A stretch of DNA of 33,235 bases from the NCBI GenBank assembly GCA_032718475.1, contig JAUCBJ010007458.1:1-33235 (forward strand). The letters are read 5' to 3'. Below, piece by piece: positions 24,121 through 33,235 of the stretch. Position 1 is the first letter of the stretch. The number at the start of each line of letters is the position of its first letter. A program made the position numbers and the translations under genes. The notes under the pieces are model-generated. The model worked only from the letters and a program-made list of their open reading frames with translations. It was not told the DNA's origin and did not search any database. Source of the DNA: Nemertoderma westbladi (lineage: Eukaryota > Animalia > Xenacoelomorpha).

Positions 24121-24245
24121 TCCTAAAACCGACAGAGATACATACAGACATACAGACATAGTAGGTTTTGGTAAAAGTGAAAACGGACATCGGAAATGAA
24201 ATCGGCAACAAGAATAACCGCCATAACAAAACTTTTAGAACTTTT

Positions 24246-27485
<3,240 letters not shown>

Positions 27486-27788
27486 TAAATTTAGCTAAAA
27501 TGAAAACTTACTTCGGAAAGGAAAGCAGCGACCAAGAAAACCACAACAAAACGTTTTAGCTAGGTGGTATGATGATAGACAGATTGTCGTACGGACGCTC
27601 AGACACACTGTCATATAGACATAGAGACATAATAATTTTCATTAAAAGTGAAACTGGCATTTGGAATGAAATCAGCGATCAGGAAAACCCCCTAACAAAA
27701 CTTTTAGTTAGGATGAATGCTTTTGAACACTTACACAGAGTAAGGTTAACATTATCACTCAACTTTAGAACTCATTTACATTAGCTAT
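27486..27788 (-). repeat. Non-microsatellite part of the right arm of the inverted repeat (partner 15268-15583)
   Basis: Mirror ORF text SYRHRDIIIFIKSETGIWNEISDQENPLTK appears in both arms; sequence alignment by eye. Confidence 0.9.
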
Positions 27789-27795
27789 GAGAAAG

Positions 27796-27908
27796 AGTGG
27801 AAATGAGATCCTTCCAGGCTTCCCTATTCTCCATAGTTGTCGCAATTTCGTTTCTCCCAAGTTCAGTATCCCTTTCAAGTTGATCTATATATGTTATGGC
27901 CAGTCGTC
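27796..27908 (-). mobile_element. RTE family 2 3' fragment lacking its tail
   Basis: Reverse complement of 15117-15229 with about 2 mismatches; ends where cagtgacggattaacc begins. Confidence 0.9.
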
Positions 27909-28665
27909 AGTGACGGATTAACCTTGGCATATAAGGCACGTGCCTTAGGGCCAGCCGAAAATACGGGACATTTTTTCTCAACGAGTCATTCCTGTGAAAA
28001 AAATATTTTCTAAAATTTGTAGAAAACAGAGCAAGAAAGACTACTTGCTATCCCTAAGTTTGTGATAGAAAGTGCAAAATTTTAGCTCAGTCGACCGACA
28101 GGTGCTGTGTTATTAGTTCGAGACCTGATGGCAGGGAATTAATATAACATGGGCAGTAAAACTTTTTTTTTAATTTAATTTTAATTATTTGTCGTTATGC
28201 TCTTAAACTTTCTAGAACAACCACATAAATAGTAGTTGATAAAATAGTTGTTGATAAAGAAAAACGTGTCAGAAGTAACTTCTTGTCACTAATTTAATTG
28301 AACCGAAATTCAGATGTTCTGCCCTCGTGTATTGAGTTTTGCATTCGATGGCATTTTAGGTGCAATTCCTGCAAAACCTAAAACTCTCGGACAGCATAAT
28401 GGAATTTTAGTAAATTAAAATTAGTGACAAAAAGTGCTTATTTCCGAGACTGTTCTCTTATTGAAGAACTATATTTTCTTAGCAAGTCCAAATCTAGATC
28501 AGAAATATTATGTCTTTGCACTAAGCCCACACCTTTTATATATTTCTCTGTAAGTCCTGTAAAGATAAGAAGTACCCTGCGAAACCTACCCTACAGCAAA
28601 TAAATAACACATTCCCACGATCCGATCAAAATTGTTAAATGCCTACAGGGGCCAGTCAGCCTTAA
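27908..28665. mobile_element. Probable MITE starting CAGTG.CGGATTAA, right end interrupted at a TTAA
   Basis: Left terminus cagtgacggattaacc...aaggcacgtgcctt; the right part ends gccttaa (matches the inner TIR), then switches to ggggg instead of the expected tccgtcactg. Confidence 0.4.
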
Positions 28666-28746
28666 GGGGGCCAACTATAACCCCCATATAGAAATGAAAT
28701 TTTCGAAAATTTACACAATTTTTTGTAGTGTGATAGAAGGGCTTTC

Positions 28747-29333
28747 TGTTCGCGCTTTCAGACCTTTGGCAGTTTAACCCGCCAAATTAGAATGTCTTCT
28801 AGATAATAAATCGCTTTTTAGCCTATGACAAGTATTTGATTCACTACACTAGTCGAAACCAATCCGTGCGCGACCATTCACCCGCTGGATATTCCCGGGA
28901 GATTGGGTTCGACGGTTTAATTTTTATTGCTATGTAAGCCTAATGTATTATTCGACTGACAGTATTATATAATCTCTGACAATATTATTCACCTTCGGTA
29001 ATATTAACAGTTCCTTTAGGACGTGGCGCTTTATCTATATAAACAGAGTTATGACTTAAACTACTCACAACGATATGGCTTAATTATAATTCACATATAT
29101 GGCGCATTCTTTAGGAATTGCTTCTTTAACAGACTCACTCATACACTATGCTGCACAATACTGCACACTAATCTGCCAATCTTCACTGATTTTAGTCACA
29201 TATAAAAGGAACACAGGCTGACTCATGTAGGGTCTATCAAATAACATTAGATTCACTTCAAACCACTTTAACATAAGTCACAATCGTTATTGGTAACCTT
29301 TCTCTCTTACCTTCGGTATATCAAGAATATTGG
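28747..29333 (+). repeat. Direct repeat copy 1 (partner 32650-33235)
   Basis: About 7 differences over ~587 bp; offset 3903 bp; the match runs off the end of the window. Confidence 0.97.
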
Positions 29334-29965
29334 GTTGCGGGGTTATTTATCGTTATTCCAAATATAATAATTCATCAACCATATTATGAAGAACTGACAG
29401 TAAATAGCAGTATAAAACAACAACTGAACAGTTAGGTAGATCGGTACATCAGTACCGGTATGTCAGCAGTGAGATATTTACAGTGAGATATTCAAGGACG
29501 TCAGTTAAAGGATATATGCCCTTTATAATTAAACCTACCAGTGTACGACTAAAAAACAGTACAGCACAAAATACTTCCAAGCCGTTCTTTCTTTGGCTCA
29601 AGACTGAATGTCAACACTGCATATAGGCATTGCGTCATTTCTCGGAAATTTTCTGTACAAGGAGCCACAAAAACGCTCTCATTGGCTGACTGAACTGAGA
29701 GACGCCGTAGAACAAAGGAAATCAACACGTATGAATGTCAGCTGTTAACCGTAGTCATAGTAACTACTGTTCAAGAGTAGCTATCACCCTTTTGCGTCAC
29801 GAATTGCCATAGAATCATAAAATATGCCTTTCACAGTACACATACGGAGGAAATAGGTCTTAGATCCTCTAAAAACACAGATACAGCAATAATACGGTCT
29901 CTTACACTTATTAAATCAACTACAGAGTATTTTAATGTAAAAGATAATAAAAATAACGGGGCAAT

Positions 29966-30450
29966 TCAGCAAAGGCTTTTACATGGGGCTTCTAATGTCT
30001 TCAGGATTACTAGCACTTTCTCTATCCTGGTTGCAAAGGCTCTGATGTTGGTTGGGCTGTCGATTAGTCTGCCTGATATTACCCCTTTCAGGGTCTGTTT
30101 ATCTTGGCTGGATGGCCATACCCCCTACCTAACGCCTTCCAGGTAACCTGAAACCGTCCCTCTATTCCTTGATAATGTCTGACCTAGTCGTAGGCCTGTC
30201 CCACGGTGTAAACTCGTAAGTACTGTTGCTGTTCCGCTGCCTTTTGGTCCCGCTTGACCTGAGCTCGAGTGCCTATGATAGACCTACGATGTTGGACCAG
30301 CCTAGGTTCTGTTATTACTACTGGAGGGATGACCTTCCTCACAGTGGGAGGTGAACTGGATTTACGACCAGACGTTTGTACGTCTCTATCTGAGTCGCAG
30401 ATAGTTACATCTAATAAACTGTCTGACAGGTTCTGCTTAGTATCAGACAT
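29966..30450 (-). other. Possible degenerate small ORF of unknown function
   Basis: ATG-started 88-aa ORF in a GC-richer island; an overlapping frame continues GVWPSSQDKQTLKGVISGRLIDSPTNIRAFATRIEKVLVILKTLEAPCKSLC after a stop; no recognisable domain. Confidence 0.25.
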
Positions 30451-31777
30451 GACTATGTATACCGTTGAATGTCTACTGCTGTATTACAGTCTGAGTAAGT
30501 CTAATAACTCAGTATTAACTGCTAGCCTAGTAATTAATTACCGGTACTGCTACTCAGTGTAGCGTGATATATAATATATTAGAATACCGGTATGCTTATA
30601 GTATATATAACTATTATTACAGACTAGGTTTATCACAGAATACCGGTATAATTTTAGCACAAATATATATAAATATATAATAGGCCTATCGGAATACCGG
30701 TATACAGCTTACTGTTTGTAGTATATATAATTCTGGAATAGAATTAATTACAAGTACCGGTATAATTTCAGCCTAGATTTATAGAAATAAGATAATAGGC
30801 CTATCGTAAATACCGGTATATCAATTATTTTAGAATAATTGAATTTCTGAACTTTAAGGGTTACTTTGTTACTTTACTTACTTTATTACCGTTATTTGAG
30901 CAGTAGTCCAACTGATATTGAGACCTAATGGTTTTATGGTAGGCCTACTATTTATAAATCGTTAGATTTGATTTATAATGTATTTATACCCGTTTTAATG
31001 GGTTTAGTCAATGTTTGAAATAAATGTTATTATTTCATGGGGTAATCACTACACAAAGCGTTGCGCTTTTAGTGAAGTGTTACGTATAGGACACTAAAAC
31101 AAATAATTCTAATTTACCTAAGTTACTTAATACTACAAATTACGTACAATTCGGGTGAGATTACAATCTCTAAATAAACACAAAAATTTTACAAAAAAAA
31201 CAAAATACGAATTTTTTAGGGTAATTTTACAAGAAGTCTACAAACCAGCCTAACAAAGGGTTAGATAACCGGTTATTACAACGGACAGAGTACTACGGTA
31301 TTTGAAATAATAAGTAGTAGTAAATACACTGCATTGTCTAGATAGGAAAATACCACCGCCTGACGACCTATAGCCGTATCGCTATAGGTTCTACGTTATG
31401 TATCACGGAGTGTTCCTACCTAGAAGTTAATAGAGCTAATCGAATGTGCCTATCAACCACTTTACAACACAGATATAATGTCTACAATAATTACTTCGGA
31501 AAGTACTGTACACTAAACCCTAAATTAGGTACGAGTACTTATATAACAGATAATCAGTAGTTAAATATACTTGAACAGCTAAAAGAACCACGGCATCTGC
31601 TGGAGTGACGATGCACAAAATCACCAGTCTTTACCTACGCCGAGCAGCCCGTGTAGTACCGGGGTTAATTTAACTATAGCGGTATGTATAACAAACACAA
31701 TTACTGTAGGAACAAACTTGGGGAATGAATGTTGCGGATAATCGCATAAACTCTGAATAATAAATATTACGCTACGC

Positions 31778-32056
31778 GTACAAACTACTCAAACAAAATA
31801 CAGACCGAACACTGACAGACTACTATCAAGCCTAAACAAACTACGGTATATGCAGACTCCGAAATGATTAGGGAGTATGCGCTCTAACCCAGTAGTGCGA
31901 CTTATTCTTTAGTTGGGGGTTTACCTTACAGCGTTCGCTGCCCCTACTGCCTAACCGTACTTAATCGGACAGATGATCTACACACACGGCAATCCGTTCA
32001 GACCTAATAACAGCCGGACAACTATCCAGCCTACAAATTATCTAAATAAATTATAC
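31778..32056 (-). ncRNA. Predicted G-U-rich rod-shaped structured RNA, copy 1 (family not recognised)
   Basis: On the minus strand 31989-32015 pairs with 31818-31844 at 27/27 positions (11 G-U); further 11-12 bp helices extend inwards and outwards. Confidence 0.7.
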
Positions 32057-32066
32057 GCTACCCGTA

Positions 32067-32340
32067 CAGACTTACACAAACAAAGTACAGACTAAACGAT
32101 GGCAGACTACTCTCAAGCCTAAATAAACTACAGGACATGCAGACTCCGAAATGATTAGGGAGTATGCGCTCTAACCCAGTAGTGCGACTTATTCTTTAGT
32201 TGGGGGTTTACCTTACAGCGTTCGCTGCCCCTACTGCCTAATCGTACTTAATCGGACAGGTGATCTACACACACTGCAACTCGTTCAGACTTAACAGCAA
32301 TCAGACAACAGCTCAGCCTACAAATCGTCTGTACAATCTG
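32067..32340 (-). ncRNA. Predicted G-U-rich rod-shaped structured RNA, copy 2
   Basis: Same helices despite many arm substitutions (27/29 pairs in the central helix); apical region 136/138 identical to copy 1. Confidence 0.7.
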
Positions 32341-32649
32341 ATCAGGCTTACACGCCTTCTGTTCAATACTGGCCTACAAACAAATAAAACTTGACAGAAA
32401 TAAGTAAAAATCTCAATAAAAAACCAGGGCTGCAGTCCCTGATTAATTATTAAGGCCTACTGGTATATAACAATCAAAATCGAATAATACTGCTGTACCT
32501 GTACTGCTGTAGGTACCGGTCCGGGTGGTTAGGTAGTCAGGCCTACTGGTACCGGTTCTGGCAGTTGGGCCTACTGACCTACAGATGTACCGGTTGACCG
32601 GTACTTTCAACTTTATTGCTTACTGCAATAAAGAAGCTATATCCTTTAA

Positions 32650-33235
32650 TGTTCGCGCTTTCAGACCTTTGGCAGTTTAACCCGCCAAATTAGAATGTCT
32701 TCTAGATAATAAATCGCTTTTTAGCCTATGACAAGTATTTGATTCACTACACTAGTCGAAACCAATCCGTGCGCGACCATTCACCCGCTGGATATTCCTG
32801 GGAGATTGGGTTCGACGGTTTAATTTTATTGCTATGTAAGCCTAATGTATTATTCGACTGACAGTATTATATAATCTCTGACAATATTATTTACCTTCGG
32901 GAATATTAACAGTTCCTTTAGGACGTGGCGCTTTATCTATATAAACAGAGTTATGACTTAAACTACTCACAACGATATGGCTTAATTATAATTCACATAT
33001 ATGGCGCATTCTTTAGGAATTGCTTCTTTAACAGACTCGCTCATACGCAATGCTGCACAATACTGCACACTAATCTGCCAATCTTCACTGATTTTAGTCA
33101 CATATAAAAGGAACACAGGCTGACTCATGTAGGGTCTATCAAATAACATTAGATTCACTTCAAACCACTTTAACATAAGTCACAATCGTTATTGGTAACC
33201 TTTCTCTCTTACCTTCGGTATATCAAGAATATTGG
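32650..33235 (+). repeat. Direct repeat copy 2 (partner 28747-29333), truncated by the window end
   Basis: Starts immediately after the TTAA at 32646-32649. Confidence 0.97.

Larger units (their letters stand above)
29509..32645. mobile_element. Candidate non-autonomous Kolobok/T2-like DNA element (TTAA-flanked, AG...CT termini)
   Basis: TTAA|aggatata-tgccc-tttat at the left; the reverse complement of the right end reads TTAA|aggatata-gcttc-tttat; no transposase seen. Confidence 0.5.

Noticed and set aside
28081-28136. tRNA gene (tagctcagtcg...agttcgagacc)
   Set aside because: Only degenerate A/B-box-like motifs; no cloverleaf.
30090-30230. Chromodomain-like RFQVTWK in the small minus ORF
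   Set aside because: Lies beyond a stop codon and lacks the TWEP motif; probably chance.
31850-31990. HDV-like ribozyme (plus strand) or group II intron domain V (minus strand) in the conserved core
   Set aside because: The plus-strand pseudoknot lacks the P3/L3 and J4/2 consensus; the domain-V-like words (GUACGGUU, AAGUCGCAC) are in the wrong order and do not form the D5 hairpin.

Overview
AT-rich eukaryotic (probably invertebrate animal) DNA made mostly of nested mobile elements; no host protein gene could be supported. From left to right: a 5'-truncated RTE-clade LINE with a 69-bp target-site duplication (TSD); a hAT-type MITE; a near full-length but disrupted second RTE LINE (APE+RT, (TAG)n tail, 11-bp TSD); a ~1-kb (GTCT)n array; a Ty3/gypsy RT-RNase H fragment joined to a 78-bp minisatellite; a degenerate Neptune-like Penelope element (RT+GIY-YIG, minus strand) with a minimal hammerhead ribozyme and a candidate intron; an intact tRNA-Thr(AGT) gene; a ~3.2-kb (GACA)n array inside an inverted copy of the RTE 3' end plus flank; and a ~3.1-kb TTAA/TIR-bounded element between 587-bp direct repeats. 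The least explained signal is in this last element: two tandem ~287-nt units whose minus-strand RNA folds (by hand) into long G-U-rich rods. The arms differ between copies but keep their pairing, and the apical ~138 nt is almost invariant, which points to a structured RNA I do not recognise. All alignments and folds were done by eye.
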